Shown here in pieces: positions 17,242 to 29,833 of a stretch of DNA of 64,000 nt. The position numbers were made by a program, and so were the translations under genes. The notes below the pieces were generated by a model. The model saw nothing but the letters and a program-made list of their open reading frames with translations, had not been told where the DNA came from and did no database searches. Source of the DNA: an uncultured Candidatus Binatia bacterium (GTDB lineage Bacteria > Desulfobacterota > Binatia > UBA9968 > JAJDTQ01); contig OZ251459.1 of assembly GCA_965242525.1 (NCBI GenBank), positions 2,240,001 through 2,304,000 of the forward strand, in the 5' to 3' direction. Positions within the stretch are counted from its first letter, which is position 1. Each line of letters begins with the position of its first letter.

Positions 17242-18264
17242 CTACGCCGTCTCCTTCTGGTCGGCCTGCTTCCGGCTGTCGAGCTCCGCGCGGCCGGGGA
17301 ACTGGTCCAGCTTCATGCCCAACTCCAACCCCAGCTCTTCGAGCAGCTCCTTGATCTCGTTCAGGGACTTGCGTCCGAAGTTCTTGGTCTTGAGCATGTC
17401 CTGCTCGGTCTTCTGCACCAGTTCCCCGATGTACTTCAGGTCCGCGTTCTGCAGGCAGTTCTGCGCCCTGACCGAGAACTCCAGGTCCTCCACCGCGCGG
17501 AACAGGTTCTCGTTGAGCTGCTCGGAGTCGGTCTCGGACCCGGCTTCGTCCGGCTCCGACCCCTCCGGGAAGTTGATGAAGATCGCCACCTGGTCCTGGA
17601 GGATCCGCGCCGCGTACGCCAGCGCGTCCTCGGGCTTCTCGCTCCCGTCGGTCCACACCTCCATGACCAGCCGGTCGTAGTCCGTGCGCTGGCCCACCCG
17701 CGCGTTGGTCACCGTGAAGTTGACCTTGCGGATGGGAGAGAAGACCGCGTCCATGAAGATGGTGTCCACGGGCAACTCCTCTTCCCGGTTGCGTTCCGCG
17801 GGCACGTAGCCCTGGCCCATCCGCGCCACCATCGTGGCGTTCAGCCGCCCCTCCGTGGAAAGCGTCACGATGCGATGCTCGGGGTTGAGGATCTCCACGT
17901 TCGGACCCCGGACCAGGTCCCCGGCCAGGACCTCTTTCGGGCCGGCCGACTCGATGCGGATCTCCTCCCTCTCGGAATCGTGCAGCTTGAGCCGTACTTC
18001 CTTCAGGTTCAGGATGATGTCGGTCACGTCTTCGGCGGCGCCCGGGATCGTGGAGAACTCGTGCAGCGCGTCGTGGATCTGCACGGAGGTGAGGGCCGCG
18101 CCCCTGAGCGACGACAGCAGGATGCGGCGCAGGCTGTTGCCGATGGTCTGGCCGAACCCTCGCTCGAAGGGTTCCCCCACGAACTTGCCGTAGGTCGGGG
18201 ACAGGCTCTTCCCGTCCACCTCCACGGCTTCAGGTTTGATCAACTCGCTCCAATGCTTGTGCAT
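17242..18264 (-). CDS. rpoA: RNA polymerase alpha subunit
   Basis: EPFERGFGQTIGNSLRRILLSS; SVRAQNCL; NFGRKSLNEIK. Confidence 0.98.
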   Translation of the reverse strand: MHKHWSELIKPEAVEVDGKSLSPTYGKFVGEPFERGFGQTIGNSLRRILLSSLRGAALTSVQIHDALHEFSTIPGAAEDVTDIILNLKEVRLKLHDSEREEIRIESAGPKEVLAGDLVRGPNVEILNPEHRIVTLSTEGRLNATMVARMGQGYVPAERNREEELPVDTIFMDAVFSPIRKVNFTVTNARVGQRTDYDRLVMEVWTDGSEKPEDALAYAARILQDQVAIFINFPEGSEPDEAGSETDSEQLNENLFRAVEDLEFSVRAQNCLQNADLKYIGELVQKTEQDMLKTKNFGRKSLNEIKELLEELGLELGMKLDQFPGRAELDSRKQADQKETA

Positions 18265-18290
18265 GGGATCTCCAACACGGTTGACGGCGG

Positions 18291-18917
18291 TTACTTGGAA
18301 TACAACTCGACGATGAGCTTCTCGTTGATGGGCGTCGTCACGTCGCTGCGGCTCGGAAGGACCTTGACGGTGCCCGAGAAGCTCTCCGGGTTCAGCTCCA
18401 CCCAGTCCGGCACGCCCCGCCGTTGGGCCCCTTCCATGGCCGAGAGCACCCGCTCCGACTTGCGGCTCTTCTCGGCCACCGCCACCACGTTCCCCACCGC
18501 CACGCGGAACGAAGGGATGGTCACGCGCCGCCCGTTCACCGTCACGTGGCCGTGCCGCACCAGCAGGCGGGCGTCCCCCCGGGAACACGCGAAACCGAGC
18601 CGATAGACCACGTTGTCGAGGCGCCGCTCCAGCAGCGCCAGCAGGGTCTCCCCGGTGATCCCCCGGGACTTCTCCGCGGTCTCGAAGCTGCCCCGGAACT
18701 GCTTCTCCAGCAGGCCGTACATGCGCTTGACCTTCTGCTTCTCCCGGAGCTGGAGGCTGTACTCGGAGAACTTGAGGCGCCTCTGGCCGTGTTGGCCCGG
18801 AGGGTAGCTGCGCCGTTCGATGGCGCACTTGTCCGTGTAGCACCGTTCCCCCTTGAGGAACAGTTTCATGTTCTCTCGCCGACAGAGCCGGCAGACCGGA
18901 CCATGGTACCTGGCCAC
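18291..18917 (-). CDS. rpsD: 30S ribosomal protein S4
   Basis: CRLCRRE...PGQHG...QLREKQK...[13 protein letters not shown]. Confidence 0.98.
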   Translation of the reverse strand: MARYHGPVCRLCRRENMKLFLKGERCYTDKCAIERRSYPPGQHGQRRLKFSEYSLQLREKQKVKRMYGLLEKQFRGSFETAEKSRGITGETLLALLERRLDNVVYRLGFACSRGDARLLVRHGHVTVNGRRVTIPSFRVAVGNVVAVAEKSRKSERVLSAMEGAQRRGVPDWVELNPESFSGTVKVLPSRSDVTTPINEKLIVELYSK

Positions 18918-18930
18918 TGGCTATCTCCTC

Positions 18931-19341
18931 TCAGACCCGCCGGCGCTTGGGCGGGCGGCAGCCGTTGTGGGGGATGGGGGTCACGTCCTTGATCAGGCTG
19001 ATGTTCAACCCCGCGGACTGGAGGGAGCGCAAGGCCGACTCCCTGGCCGAGCCCGGCCCGCGCACATAGACCTGTATCGAATGCATGCCGTGGTCCATGG
19101 CCTTGCGCGCCGCGTTGTCGGCCGCCTGCTGGGCCGCGAAAGGCGTGCCCTTGCGGGAGCCCTTGAAGCCGATGGCGCCGGCGCTGGACCATGCCACCAC
19201 GTTGCCCTGGGGGTCGGATATGGTGATGATCGTGTTGTTGAACGTGGAATGGATATGCGCCACCCCTTCGGCAACCTGCTTCCGTCCGCGCCTCTTCCTC
19301 GGCGCCCTCGCTTCGCGCGCTTTCTTCGTGGCCTGCGCCAT
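18931..19341 (-). CDS. rpsK: 30S ribosomal protein S11
   Basis: HSTFNNTI...[18 protein letters not shown]. Confidence 0.98.
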   Translation of the reverse strand: MAQATKKAREARAPRKRRGRKQVAEGVAHIHSTFNNTIITISDPQGNVVAWSSAGAIGFKGSRKGTPFAAQQAADNAARKAMDHGMHSIQVYVRGPGSARESALRSLQSAGLNISLIKDVTPIPHNGCRPPKRRRV

Positions 19342-19395
19342 GGCTGCTCCTGTTCTGGTTCGGTCCGGCAGGGGCCGGGGGGCCTCGACGGTCCC

Positions 19396-19779
19396 CTAGC
19401 CCTTGGACGGCGGTTTCTTCTTTCCGGCGATGGTCCTGCGGGGACCCATGCGGGTGCGCGCGTTGGTGTGCGTGCGCTGCCCCCTCACCGGCAGTCCCCG
19501 CCTGTGCCGGATCCCGCGATAGGTCCCGATGTCCATGTGGCGCTTGATGTCCATGGTGACGTCGCGCCGCAGGTCTCCCTCGACCTTGACTTCCTGGTCG
19601 ATGATCCGGCGGATCACCACCACCTGGTCGTCGGACAGATCGTCGGACTTGAGTTGCAGCGGGATCCCCGCCTCCCTCAGGATGTTTCGGGACGTAGTAG
19701 CGCCGATTCCGTAGATGTAGGTCAGCGCCACTTCCATACTCTTTTTCCTGGGCAGGTCCACCCCGGCAATGCGCGCCAT
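19396..19779 (-). CDS. rpsM: 30S ribosomal protein S13
   Basis: [10 protein letters not shown]...[17 protein letters not shown]. Confidence 0.98.
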   Translation of the reverse strand: MARIAGVDLPRKKSMEVALTYIYGIGATTSRNILREAGIPLQLKSDDLSDDQVVVIRRIIDQEVKVEGDLRRDVTMDIKRHMDIGTYRGIRHRRGLPVRGQRTHTNARTRMGPRRTIAGKKKPPSKG

Positions 19780-19804
19780 GAATCACCCCCGTCGAATCAG
19801 TCCG

Positions 19805-19918
19805 TCACCCCTGCCGCTGGGCGTGCTTGCGGGTGACGCAGATGATCCGTACGACTCCCTTCCTGCGAACGATCTTGCACTTGTTGCAGATCTTCTTGAC
19901 CGAAGCTCTTACTTTCAC
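19805..19918 (-). CDS. rpmJ: 50S ribosomal protein L36 (zinc-binding type); not in the ORF track
   Basis: Manual translation from GTG: [37 protein letters not shown]. Confidence 0.97.
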   Translation of the reverse strand: MKVRASVKKICNKCKIVRRKGVVRIICVTRKHAQRQG

Positions 19919-19939
19919 TTCCGACCTCGTTCCGGCGCG

Positions 19940-20698
19940 CTAGAGACGGCTCAACACGTACGGCCCGTCCGCGGTGACCGCGATGGAGTGCTCGAAGTGG
20001 GCCGCGAGGCTGCGGTCCCGGGTGACCGCGGTCCAACCGTCGTCCAGGATGCGTATCTCCTTCTTCCCCGCGTTGACCATGGGCTCCACCGCCAGGACCA
20101 TCCCCGCCCGCAACCTGTGCCCCTTGCCCGCGTCGCCGTAGTTGGGCACCGGAGGCTCCTCGTGGAGCTTCCTGCCGATGCCGTGGCCCACGAACTCCCG
20201 CACCACCGAGTAGCCGGAACGCTCCGCGACGCCCTGTATGGCGCTGCCGAGGTCGCCCAGGCGGTTGCCCTCGCGCAGCATCTCGATGCCCTCGGCCAGG
20301 GCGGACTCGGTGACCCGCATGAGCCGCTCGGCTTCGGGGCTCACCCGGCCGAGGCCCACCGTCACCGCCGAGTCCCCGTAGAAGCCCTCATGGACCACCC
20401 CGAAGTCCATCCCCAGGATGTCCCCTTCCTTCAAGACACGGCTCGAAGGGACGCCGTGGACGATCTCCTCGTTGACCGAGGTGCACAGGCTGTGCCGGAA
20501 CACCCTGCCGGCCACCTCATAACCCTTGAACGCCGGCCGGGCCCCCTTCTCGCGGGTCAACCGCTCCGCCAACTCGTCCAGGTCCAGGGTCGTCATGCCG
20601 GGCCGCACGCTCTCCTTCAGCGCCGCCAGCACCTCCGCCACGATGACGTTGGCCCGGCGCATGGCCTCGATCTCGTCCCGGGACTTGAGATAGATCAT
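19940..20698 (-). CDS. map: Methionine aminopeptidase type I
   Basis: CTSVNEEIVHGVP, GDSA, GHGIG, EPM, AAHFEH. Confidence 0.98.
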   Translation of the reverse strand: MIYLKSRDEIEAMRRANVIVAEVLAALKESVRPGMTTLDLDELAERLTREKGARPAFKGYEVAGRVFRHSLCTSVNEEIVHGVPSSRVLKEGDILGMDFGVVHEGFYGDSAVTVGLGRVSPEAERLMRVTESALAEGIEMLREGNRLGDLGSAIQGVAERSGYSVVREFVGHGIGRKLHEEPPVPNYGDAGKGHRLRAGMVLAVEPMVNAGKKEIRILDDGWTAVTRDRSLAAHFEHSIAVTADGPYVLSRL

Positions 20699-20731
20699 GT
20701 GGGGACCTGCCTTCGACCCGTCCCGGGCCCC

Positions 20732-22034
<1,303 letters not shown>

Positions 22035-22042
<8 letters not shown>

Positions 22043-22478
22043 GGGAAAGGACTTCGACCCGGCCCCCCGCGGCCTCGATCTTCTGCCTGGCGCTGCGGGA
22101 AAAGCCGTGGGCCTTTACCGTGAGCGGCTTGGACAACTCGCCCCGGCCCAGTATCTTCACCAACCCCCGGCGCGCCAACCCCTTCTCCCGCAAGGACTCG
22201 GGCGAGACCTCCTGGCCGGCGTCGAACAGGTCGAGTCCGTCCAGGTTCACCGGGACGTAGCGGGTCCGGAAGGGGTTGCGGAAGCCCCGCTTGGGGACCC
22301 GCCGGGTGAGCGGCATCTGGCCGCCCTCGAAGCCCGGCCGGACGCCGCCGCCGGAGCGGGCGCCCTGGCCCTTGTGCCCGCGGCCCGAGGTCTTGCCGTT
22401 GCCGGAGCCCGGGCCCCTGCCCACGCGCTTCCTGGCGCGCCGGGTCCCTCGCGCCGGGCGTAGATCATCCAGTTTCAT
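22035..22478 (-). CDS. rplO: 50S ribosomal protein L15
   Basis: [21 protein letters not shown]...GFEGGQMPL. Confidence 0.98.
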
Positions 22479-22492
22479 GGAACGGCGCCCCC

Positions 22493-22990
22493 TTATCGAA
22501 TCTCCGCCAGCGGCTTCCCCCGCAGGTCCGACACCTGCTCCGGGGACTTGAGGCTCTTGAGCGCCTCGAAGGTGGCCTTCACGAGGTTGTGCGGGTTGTT
22601 GGAGCCGATGCACTTGCTCAGGACGTTGGGAATGCCCGCGGCTTCGACTACGGCCCTCACCCCCGCGCCGGCGATGACCCCGGTGCCCGGGGCCGCGGGC
22701 TTGAGCAGGACGTGCCCCGCGCCGTACCGGCCGGTCACCTCGAACGGGATGCTGTCGTCCACCAGGGGCACCCGAACGAGCGTCTTCTTGGCGTGCTCGA
22801 CCCCCTTGCGAATGGCTTCAGGCACCTCGTTGGCCTTGCCCAGGCCGTACCCGACCACGGAGGCTTCGTCGCCCACCACCACCAGCGCGTTGAAGCTGAA
22901 GCGCCGTCCGCCCTTGACGACCTTGGCCACACGGCTGATGTGGATGACCTTCTCCTTCAAGTCCAGGCCCTGCGCATCCACTCGTTCCAA
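22493..22990 (-). CDS. rpsE: 30S ribosomal protein S5
   Basis: [14 protein letters not shown]...GTGVIAG. Confidence 0.98.
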   Translation of the reverse strand: MERVDAQGLDLKEKVIHISRVAKVVKGGRRFSFNALVVVGDEASVVGYGLGKANEVPEAIRKGVEHAKKTLVRVPLVDDSIPFEVTGRYGAGHVLLKPAAPGTGVIAGAGVRAVVEAAGIPNVLSKCIGSNNPHNLVKATFEALKSLKSPEQVSDLRGKPLAEIR

Positions 22991-23003
22991 AGCATCCCCC
23001 GAA

Positions 23004-23366
23004 TCAGAAGACGAGACCGGCTTCCCGCGCGGCCTCGGCCAAAGCCTTCACCCGTCCGTGGAAGAGGAACCCGTTGCGGTCGAACACCACCCGGGTAATC
23101 CGCTTCTCTCCGCACAGCCGGGCGATCTCCGCGCCCACCTGCCTGGCCGCGTCCACGCCCTTGCCCTGCCCGGGCGCCGCGTCCCCCCGGGACAGGGTCG
23201 AAGCGCTCAACAGCGTGACCCCGCGCTGGTCCGAGATGACCTGCGCATAGATGTGCCGGGAGCTCCGATAGACGCAGAGCCGGGGACGGTGGTCGCTCCC
23301 GACCACCCGCTTCCGCACGCTCCGTTGCCGCCGCTTGCGGCCCAGTACCTTCTTGCTCGTCAACAT
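23004..23366 (-). CDS. rplR: 50S ribosomal protein L18
   Basis: RPRLCVYRS...[14 protein letters not shown]. Confidence 0.98.
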   Translation of the reverse strand: MLTSKKVLGRKRRQRSVRKRVVGSDHRPRLCVYRSSRHIYAQVISDQRGVTLLSASTLSRGDAAPGQGKGVDAARQVGAEIARLCGEKRITRVVFDRNGFLFHGRVKALAEAAREAGLVF

Positions 23367-23388
23367 GGACCCACCCGGACCCGTCGGG

Positions 23389-23937
23389 TCAACCCGACCC
23401 GCCGCCCATGGCCTTGCCCGCCTTCCTCGCCACCGCCTCGCCCTGGTACCGGATGCCCTTGCCCTTGTAGGGCTCCGGCGGACGGAAGCGCCGCAGCTCG
23501 GCCGCGGCCTGGCCCAGCACCTGCTTGTCGTGGCACTCCAGGGTAATCACCGTCTGCCGCTCCACCGAAGCCGACACTCCCGCGGGCAGGGGGAACACCA
23601 CCGGATGCGAGAACCCCAGGGTCAGGTGCAGGGACCCGTCCCTGGACTCCGCTCGATAGCCGACGCCGTTGATCTCCAGCACCCTCCTGAACCCCTGGCT
23701 GACCCCTTCCACCATGTTGGCCAGCAGTTTCCGCGTAAGCCCGTGCAGGGACCTCTCGGACTTGCCGTCCCCGCTCCGGCGCACGTGCAGCGTGTCGCCC
23801 TCCACCTCCACCTGCACGCACGGGGGAACGCGGTGGGTCAACGTGCCCTTGGGACCCCGGACCCGTACCTCGGCGCCCTCGAAGGCCACCTGGACCGTTC
23901 CGGGAACCGTGATGGGCATCTTTCCTACGCGCGACAC
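23389..23937 (-). CDS. rplF: 50S ribosomal protein L6
   Basis: MSRVGK...[13 protein letters not shown]. Confidence 0.98.
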   Translation of the reverse strand: MSRVGKMPITVPGTVQVAFEGAEVRVRGPKGTLTHRVPPCVQVEVEGDTLHVRRSGDGKSERSLHGLTRKLLANMVEGVSQGFRRVLEINGVGYRAESRDGSLHLTLGFSHPVVFPLPAGVSASVERQTVITLECHDKQVLGQAAAELRRFRPPEPYKGKGIRYQGEAVARKAGKAMGGGSG

Positions 23938-23949
23938 CGGAGCACCCCT

Positions 23950-24354
23950 CTAGCTCACCGAACAGAGCAACTCGCCGCCGACTTTGGACTTCACCGCCTC
24001 CCGGTCCACGATGACCCCCTTGGGAGTGGACAGGATGTGGGTCCCCAGGCCCCGGCGGACCGGATGGATGTCCTTGTAGCCGAGATAGACCCGGCGTCCG
24101 GGACGGCTCACCCGCTTCAGTTGCGTCAGCACCGGCCGACGGTCCCGGTCGTACTTCAGGTGGATGCGGATGGTGTCCTGCACCTGCCCTTCCACCTTGA
24201 TGCGCCGGACCTGCTGCACGTAACCCTCCTCCACCAGCACCTTCGTGATGGCTTCCTTGAGGCGGGACCACGGCACGTCCACGGTCTGGTGGTTGGCCAT
24301 GCCGCCGTTCCGCATCCGCGTCAACATGTCCGCGATGGGGTCGGTCATACTCAT
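23950..24354 (-). CDS. rpsH: 30S ribosomal protein S8
   Basis: TDPIADMLTRMRN...SRPGRRVY...GGELLC. Confidence 0.98.
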   Translation of the reverse strand: MSMTDPIADMLTRMRNGGMANHQTVDVPWSRLKEAITKVLVEEGYVQQVRRIKVEGQVQDTIRIHLKYDRDRRPVLTQLKRVSRPGRRVYLGYKDIHPVRRGLGTHILSTPKGVIVDREAVKSKVGGELLCSVS

Positions 24355-24369
24355 TCGAGACGCAGCCTC

Positions 24370-24555
24370 CTACCAACTTGCCTTGCTGAGCCCGGGGATC
24401 TCGCCCCGGCGCGCGTACAGCCGAAGGCAGATCCGGCACATGCGGAACCGGCGATAGAACGCCCTCGCCCTGCCGCAAAGCGGACAACGGTTGTATTGGC
24501 GGACCTTGAACCGGGGAGCCTGTTCCGCCTTGATGCGCAGACACTTCTTAGCCAC
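24370..24555 (-). CDS. rpsN: 30S ribosomal protein S14 type Z
   Basis: 61 aa from GTG: RCPLCGR...MCRIC...[11 protein letters not shown]. Confidence 0.97.
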   Translation of the reverse strand: MAKKCLRIKAEQAPRFKVRQYNRCPLCGRARAFYRRFRMCRICLRLYARRGEIPGLSKASW

Positions 24556-25108
24556 TTGTCCTACCCCCGTCACCGGCGAACGGCATTCCGAGATGCCTGA
24601 GCAGGGCCCTGCCTTCGTCGTCGGTGGAAGCGGTGGTCACGATGGACACCGTCAACCCGTGCAACCGTTCCACCGACTCCGCCCTCACTTCCGGAAAGAT
24701 GATCTGCTCGCGGATGCCGAGCGAATAGTTCCCGCAACCGTCGAAGGAGCGGTCCGAGACGCCCTTGAAGTCCCGGACCTGGGGCAGGGCCACCTGGATC
24801 AGGCGGTCCAGGAACTCGTACATCCGCGCGCGCCGCAGGGTCACCAGGCACCCGATGGGATTGCCCCGGCGCAGCTTGAAGTTGGAGATGTCCTTCCGGG
24901 CCCGGGTCACCACCGGACGCTGGCCGCTGATGGCGGCCAACTCGGCCACCGCGGCGTCCAGCAGCTTGACGTTCTGCACCGCCTCGCCCACGCAGACGTT
25001 GATGGAGACGTTCTTCAGCCGCGGCGCCTGGAGCCGGTTGCGGTAGGCGAAGTCCGCCATCATGGCCGGTACGATCACCTCGTGGTACTTCTGTTCGAGC
25101 CTTGTCAT
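24548..25108 (-). CDS. rplE: 50S ribosomal protein L5
   Basis: ISGQRPVVT...FKLRRG...[20 protein letters not shown]. Confidence 0.98.
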   Translation of the reverse strand: MTRLEQKYHEVIVPAMMADFAYRNRLQAPRLKNVSINVCVGEAVQNVKLLDAAVAELAAISGQRPVVTRARKDISNFKLRRGNPIGCLVTLRRARMYEFLDRLIQVALPQVRDFKGVSDRSFDGCGNYSLGIREQIIFPEVRAESVERLHGLTVSIVTTASTDDEGRALLRHLGMPFAGDGGRTSG

Positions 25109-25137
25109 GGTCGATTCCCGCCAAGCCCGCGGCCGGG

Positions 25138-25455
25138 TCAGCCCAGCGCCTCGCCGCAGCGCCGGCAGACGCGCACCTTCTGCCCGTCCGCGAGGACCTT
25201 GCGCCCCGTGCGGACCGGAGCGTTGCACGGGTCGCACATGATCATGACGTTGGACACGTGGACCGAGGCTTCCTTCTCCACGATGCCTCCCGGTTGCTGC
25301 GGACTCCGGGCCCGGGTGTGGCGCTTGACCAGGTTCACCCGCTCGATGAACACGCGGCTCTTCTTCGGCAGCACCTTGATGACCTTGCCGGTCTTCCCGC
25401 GCTCCTTGCCGGCCACCACCATCACGTTGTCATCTTTGCGGACGAACAGGCTCAC
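25138..25455 (-). CDS. rplX: 50S ribosomal protein L24
   Basis: [19 protein letters not shown]...[15 protein letters not shown]. Confidence 0.97.
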   Translation of the reverse strand: MSLFVRKDDNVMVVAGKERGKTGKVIKVLPKKSRVFIERVNLVKRHTRARSPQQPGGIVEKEASVHVSNVMIMCDPCNAPVRTGRKVLADGQKVRVCRRCGEALG

Positions 25456-25820
25456 AGCACCTCCGGCGCCAGCGACACGATCTTCATGAAACGTTTGGCT
25501 CTCAGTTCCCGGGCCACCGGACCGAAGATCCGCGTGCCCACGGGCTCCTTCTGGTTGTCGATCAGCACCGCGGAGTTGTTGTCGAAGCGGATGTAGGAGC
25601 CGTCCACCCGGCTGAGCTCCTTGGCGGTCCGCACCACCACGGCCTTGACCACGTCCCCCTTGGGCACCTTGGAGTTGGGCATGGCCTCCTTGACGGACAC
25701 CACGATCACGTCGCCGATGCTGGCGTACTTCCGCCGGGTGCCGCCAAGCACCTTGATGCAGCGCACCCGTCTGGCGCCCGAGTTGTCCGCCACGTCCAGC
25801 ACCGTCCCCACCTGTATCAT
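25452..25820 (-). CDS. rplN: 50S ribosomal protein L14
   Basis: VADNSGA...[12 protein letters not shown]...SLAPEVL. Confidence 0.98.
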   Translation of the reverse strand: MIQVGTVLDVADNSGARRVRCIKVLGGTRRKYASIGDVIVVSVKEAMPNSKVPKGDVVKAVVVRTAKELSRVDGSYIRFDNNSAVLIDNQKEPVGTRIFGPVARELRAKRFMKIVSLAPEVL

Positions 25821-25823
25821 CGG

Positions 25824-26135
25824 CTAGACCCCTGTGCTCCCCGGCGCCGGAGCCTGCGGAGCCGCGGCCCGGTCGGCCGCGCCGGGACGGTTCAGTATCC
25901 GGCTCACGCGCCAGCGCTTGTGGCGGCTGAGGGGTCGGCAGGCGGTGATGACCACCCTGTCCCCCACCTGGCATTCGTCGCGTTCGTCGTGGGCCTTCAC
26001 CCTGGTCCGGCGCCGCAGGTACTTCTTGTACCGCGCATGGAGGACGATCCGCTCCAACTCCACCACCACCGTCTTGGTCATGCGGTTGGTCCGCACCACG
26101 CCTTCCCGTTGCTTCGTGACGCCGCGCTCACTCAT
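25824..26135 (-). CDS. rpsQ: 30S ribosomal protein S17
   Basis: MTKTVVV...AHDE...CRPLSRHKRW. Confidence 0.97.
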   Translation of the reverse strand: MSERGVTKQREGVVRTNRMTKTVVVELERIVLHARYKKYLRRRTRVKAHDERDECQVGDRVVITACRPLSRHKRWRVSRILNRPGAADRAAAPQAPAPGSTGV

Positions 26136-26343
26136 GGTCGCCTTCCCGCTTCGCAGGGAGCGCGCGTTCCCGGAGGACGGTCTCCACCCGCGCTATGTCG
26201 CGCCGGGACTGCCGCAGCTTCATGGGACTCTCCAGTTGGCCGGTGGCGCGCCGCAGGGTCAGGTGGAACAACTGCTCCTCGAACTCCGTGCGTTTCTGCC
26301 GCAACTCGTCCCGGCTCAACTCCCGCAATTCCTTCGCGCGCAT
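26128..26343 (-). CDS. rpmC: 50S ribosomal protein L29
   Basis: MRAKELRELS...ATGQLE...RRDIARVET. Confidence 0.97.
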   Translation of the reverse strand: MRAKELRELSRDELRQKRTEFEEQLFHLTLRRATGQLESPMKLRQSRRDIARVETVLRERALPAKREGDHE

Positions 26344-26370
26344 GGACCCTCTCCGTAAGCCAGTACTGCG

Positions 26371-26775
26371 TCAACGCTCCACGAACGCGGTGGCCAGGCT
26401 CAGCTTGCGCGAGGCGAGCCGGAAGGCTTCCCGGGCCGCGTCCCGCTGGACCCCTTCCATCTCGAACAGCAGCTTGCCCGGCTTGACCACCGCCACCCAG
26501 GCGTGCAGCGGACCCTTGCCCTTGCCCATCCGCACCTCGGCCGGCTTCCGGGTGATGGGCTTGTCCGGGAAGACCCGGATCCACACCTTGCCGCCCCGCT
26601 TCAGGTAACGGGTGAGGGCGATACGCGCGGCCTCGATCTGGCGCGCGGTGACGTACCCCCGGTCCAGGGACTTCAAGCCGTAATCGCCGAAGGAAAGGTT
26701 CGCGCCCCGCTGGGCGAACCCGCCCCTCCGGCCCTTCTGCACCTTGCGGTACTTGATCTTCCTTGGTTCGAGCAT
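26371..26775 (-). CDS. rplP: 50S ribosomal protein L16
   Basis: RQIEAARIA...[12 protein letters not shown]. Confidence 0.98.
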   Translation of the reverse strand: MLEPRKIKYRKVQKGRRGGFAQRGANLSFGDYGLKSLDRGYVTARQIEAARIALTRYLKRGGKVWIRVFPDKPITRKPAEVRMGKGKGPLHAWVAVVKPGKLLFEMEGVQRDAAREAFRLASRKLSLATAFVER

Positions 26776-26803
26776 GGCTCCGGTACGGTTGCGGCAGACG
26801 GCC

Positions 26804-27466
26804 CTACAGCCCCAGCGAGGCCTTCTGCTGTTCTTCCTTGGTGCTCAGGATCTCGCCGCGGAAGATCCACGCCTTGACCCCGATGACCCCATAGGTGGTC
26901 TTGGCCTCCGCCAGGCCGTAGCTCACGTCGGCCCGCAGCGTGTGCAGCGGCACGCGGCCCTCCCGGTACCATTCCGTGCGCGCGATCTCCTGGCCCCCCA
27001 GCCGGCCGCCGCACTGGATCCGGATCCCCTGGGCGCCCATGCGCAAGGCCCGGGAGACGCTTTCCTTCATGGCCCGGCGAAACGCCACCCGGCGTTCGAG
27101 CTGCAAGGCGACGTTCTCCGCCACCAACTGCGCGTCCAGGTCCGGCCTCCTCACCTCGTGGATGTTGATGAAGACCTCCCGGGGCGACAGCTTGGCCAAC
27201 TCCTCCTTCAACTTCTCGATCTCCGCGCCCTTCTTGCCGATGACGATGCCCGGACGCGCCGTGTGGATGTTGATCTTCGCCTTGTTGGTGGCCCGTTCGA
27301 TCTCGATCTTCGATATGCCCGCATGGTGGAGCCGCCCCTTGAGGAAGCCCTTGATCCGGAGGTCTTCGTGCAGCAACTCCGGGTAGTCGCTTCCCGCGTA
27401 CCACTTGGAGTCCCACGACTCGATGACGCGCATGCGGAAAACCTTCGGGTGGGTCTTCTGTCCCAT
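26804..27466 (-). CDS. rpsC: 30S ribosomal protein S3
   Basis: MGQKTHP...[11 protein letters not shown]...[11 protein letters not shown]. Confidence 0.98.
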   Translation of the reverse strand: MGQKTHPKVFRMRVIESWDSKWYAGSDYPELLHEDLRIKGFLKGRLHHAGISKIEIERATNKAKINIHTARPGIVIGKKGAEIEKLKEELAKLSPREVFINIHEVRRPDLDAQLVAENVALQLERRVAFRRAMKESVSRALRMGAQGIRIQCGGRLGGQEIARTEWYREGRVPLHTLRADVSYGLAEAKTTYGVIGVKAWIFRGEILSTKEEQQKASLGL

Positions 27467-27468
27467 GC

Positions 27469-27804
27469 TCAGCCCCTTTCGTCCACCACCACGGTCAGGT
27501 GGCTCAGACGCTTGCGGATACGGTTGGCGCGGCCCATTCCCCGGGGCATGAACCGTTTCCACATGCCGGCCTGACCGACTTCGGCCCACTTGACGTACAG
27601 CAGGTCCACGTTCACGCTCTGGGTGTCCTGGGCGTTGGCCACCGCGGAGCGAAGCGTCTTGGCCACGATGCCGGCGCAGCCCTTGGGCACGAACTTCAGC
27701 ATCGTCAGCGCCTCGTCCACCGACCGGCCCCTGACCTGATCGACCACGAGCCTCATCTTGCGAGGCGAGACCCGGGCGAACCTCGTGACCGCGCGCGCCT
27801 CCAT
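27469..27804 (-). CDS. rplV: 50S ribosomal protein L22
   Basis: [14 protein letters not shown]...SAVANA...SHLTVVV. Confidence 0.98.
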   Translation of the reverse strand: MEARAVTRFARVSPRKMRLVVDQVRGRSVDEALTMLKFVPKGCAGIVAKTLRSAVANAQDTQSVNVDLLYVKWAEVGQAGMWKRFMPRGMGRANRIRKRLSHLTVVVDERG

Positions 27805-27807
27805 GGC

Positions 27808-28101
27808 CTATCTCCTCTGGACCCCCCTGGCCTCGCCGCGGCGATCCCCTGCGTGGCCGTGGAACGTGCGCGTAGGCGAGAACTCCCCCAGCTTGTGGCC
27901 CACCATGTTCTCGGTCACGAACACCGGGAGGAACTTCCGTCCGTTGTGCACCGCCAAGGTGTGGCCGATCATCTCCGGGGTGACGGTGGAGCGCCGGGAC
28001 CACGTCTTGACCACCCTCTTGCCCTGGGACCGATTCATTTCCTCGATCTTGCGCATCAGGTGCTGGTCCACGAAAGGACCCTTCTTGATGGAGCGAGCCA
28101 T
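27808..28101 (-). CDS. rpsS: 30S ribosomal protein S19
   Basis: [12 protein letters not shown]...[13 protein letters not shown]. Confidence 0.98.
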   Translation of the reverse strand: MARSIKKGPFVDQHLMRKIEEMNRSQGKRVVKTWSRRSTVTPEMIGHTLAVHNGRKFLPVFVTENMVGHKLGEFSPTRTFHGHAGDRRGEARGVQRR

Positions 28102-28103
28102 GC

Positions 28104-28931
28104 CTACGTTCCCTTCCTGCGCTTCACGATGTACTTGTCCGAGGGTTTGACCCCCCGGGTCCGGTAGCCCTTGGTGGGCTTGCCCCAGGGCGTCTGGGGA
28201 TGGTTGCCCTTGGACCGCCCCTCGCCGCCGCCGTGGGGATGGTCCACCGGGTTCTTGGCGATGCCGCGGGTCACCGGCCTGCGGCCCAGCCACCGGGACC
28301 GGCCCGCCTTGCCGAAAGTGACGTTCTCGTACTCGCTGTTCCCCACCTCGCCCACGGTGGCGCGGCACTCGGAGCGGACGTTGCGCAACTCCCCGGACGG
28401 CAGCTTGAGCAGCGTGTAGGATCCCTCCTTGGCCATGACCTGGGCGGAGGCCCCCGCGCTCCGCACGATCTGGCCGCCCTTGCCCGCCTTGAGCTCCACG
28501 TTATGCACCAGCGTGCCGGTGGGGATGAACCTCAGGGGCAGGGAGTTCCCGGGCCGAATGTCGATGTCCTGGCGGCCGGCGATGATCCGGCCTCCGACCC
28601 GGAGCCCCTCCGGGGCCAGGATGTAGCGCCGCTCGCCGTCCAGGTAGCAGACCAGGGCCACGAGGGCGGAGCGGTTGGGGTCGTACTCGATGGCCTCCAC
28701 CCGACCGGGAACTCCCAGCTTGTCGCGCTTGAAGTCGATGGAGCGGTACCGCCGCTTGTGCCCGCCCCCGCGATGGTCCTTGGTGATCCTGCCCGTGTTG
28801 TTGCGCCCGCCGTGTCCCTTGAGCGGCAGCAGCAACGCCCGGTGCGGCGACTGCCGGGTAACCTCCTCGAAACCGAAGCCCGAAGCAAAACGGCGCCCGG
28901 GAGAGGTCGGGCGGCGGTTCTTGATGGACAT
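28104..28931 (-). CDS. rplB: 50S ribosomal protein L2
   Basis: GGGHKRRYR...IEYDPNRSA...[12 protein letters not shown]. Confidence 0.98.
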   Translation of the reverse strand: MSIKNRRPTSPGRRFASGFGFEEVTRQSPHRALLLPLKGHGGRNNTGRITKDHRGGGHKRRYRSIDFKRDKLGVPGRVEAIEYDPNRSALVALVCYLDGERRYILAPEGLRVGGRIIAGRQDIDIRPGNSLPLRFIPTGTLVHNVELKAGKGGQIVRSAGASAQVMAKEGSYTLLKLPSGELRNVRSECRATVGEVGNSEYENVTFGKAGRSRWLGRRPVTRGIAKNPVDHPHGGGEGRSKGNHPQTPWGKPTKGYRTRGVKPSDKYIVKRRKGT

Positions 28932-28946
28932 GGAACCCCCTTCCTC

Positions 28947-29237
28947 CTAACCCGCGCCGAAGAAGTCGATGCGGTCGCCTTCCTTGAGCGTGACGATGGC
29001 CTTCTTCCACAGGGGCAGCCGTCCGACGTTCCTGCCCACCCGCCGCTTCTTGCCCAGGTAGCGGGCGGTCCTCACGTTGAGGACCGTCACCTTGAACAGC
29101 GTTTCCACCTGTTGCCGGATCTCGATCTTGTTGGCGTCCGTGCGGACCTTGAAGACCACTTGGTTCGAGGACTCGTTCAGCATGGAGCCCTTCTCCGAGA
29201 TCAGCGGAGCGAGCACCGTGTTCCGGACGCCCCTCAT
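28947..29237 (-). CDS. rplW: 50S ribosomal protein L23
   Basis: PLISEK...ANKIEIR...WKKAIVTL. Confidence 0.97.
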   Translation of the reverse strand: MRGVRNTVLAPLISEKGSMLNESSNQVVFKVRTDANKIEIRQQVETLFKVTVLNVRTARYLGKKRRVGRNVGRLPLWKKAIVTLKEGDRIDFFGAG

Positions 29238-29830
29238 GACGAGAACCTCTCCTCGATCTTTCCGAGCGCGCCCCGGGTCAACACCAGGTGCTCGAAGCGG
29301 AGCACGTCGTACACGTTCAACCCGGCCACTCGCAACGCCTTCACTCCGGGCAGGTTCCGCGCGGACAGCTCGATCTTCTCCTCGCCTTCCGCCACCACCA
29401 CCAGCGAGCTTCCCACCCCCAGGGAAGCCAGGGCCTCGGCCATGAGCCGGGTCTTGGCCTCGGAGAAGTCCGCTGCCTCCACCACCACCAGCTTCCCTTC
29501 CTCGCGCTTCAGGCTCAGGGCCGAGAGCACCGCCTGCCGGCGCGCCTGCTTGGGTATCCGGTACGAGTGGTCCCGGGGCAGGGGTCCGAACACGCGCCCG
29601 CCCCCGACCCAGATGGGCGACCGCACGCTGCCGGCCCGGGCCCGGCCCGAGCCCTTCTGGCGCCACGGCTTCCTGCCGCTTCCGCGCACCAGCCCGCGGG
29701 TCTTGGTGGAGGCCGTGCCGGCGCGGCGGTTGTTCAGTTGCATGACCACTGCCTGGTGCATCAGGTGGGGCCGCACCGCCACGCCGAATATGCTCATGGG
29801 GAGCTCGGGCTCGATCCTGCGAAGTTCCAT
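29234..29830 (-). CDS. rplD: 50S ribosomal protein L4
   Basis: RAGTASTKTR...KPWRQKGSGRARAGS. Confidence 0.97.
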   Translation of the reverse strand: MELRRIEPELPMSIFGVAVRPHLMHQAVVMQLNNRRAGTASTKTRGLVRGSGRKPWRQKGSGRARAGSVRSPIWVGGGRVFGPLPRDHSYRIPKQARRQAVLSALSLKREEGKLVVVEAADFSEAKTRLMAEALASLGVGSSLVVVAEGEEKIELSARNLPGVKALRVAGLNVYDVLRFEHLVLTRGALGKIEERFSS

Positions 29831-29833
29831 TCC

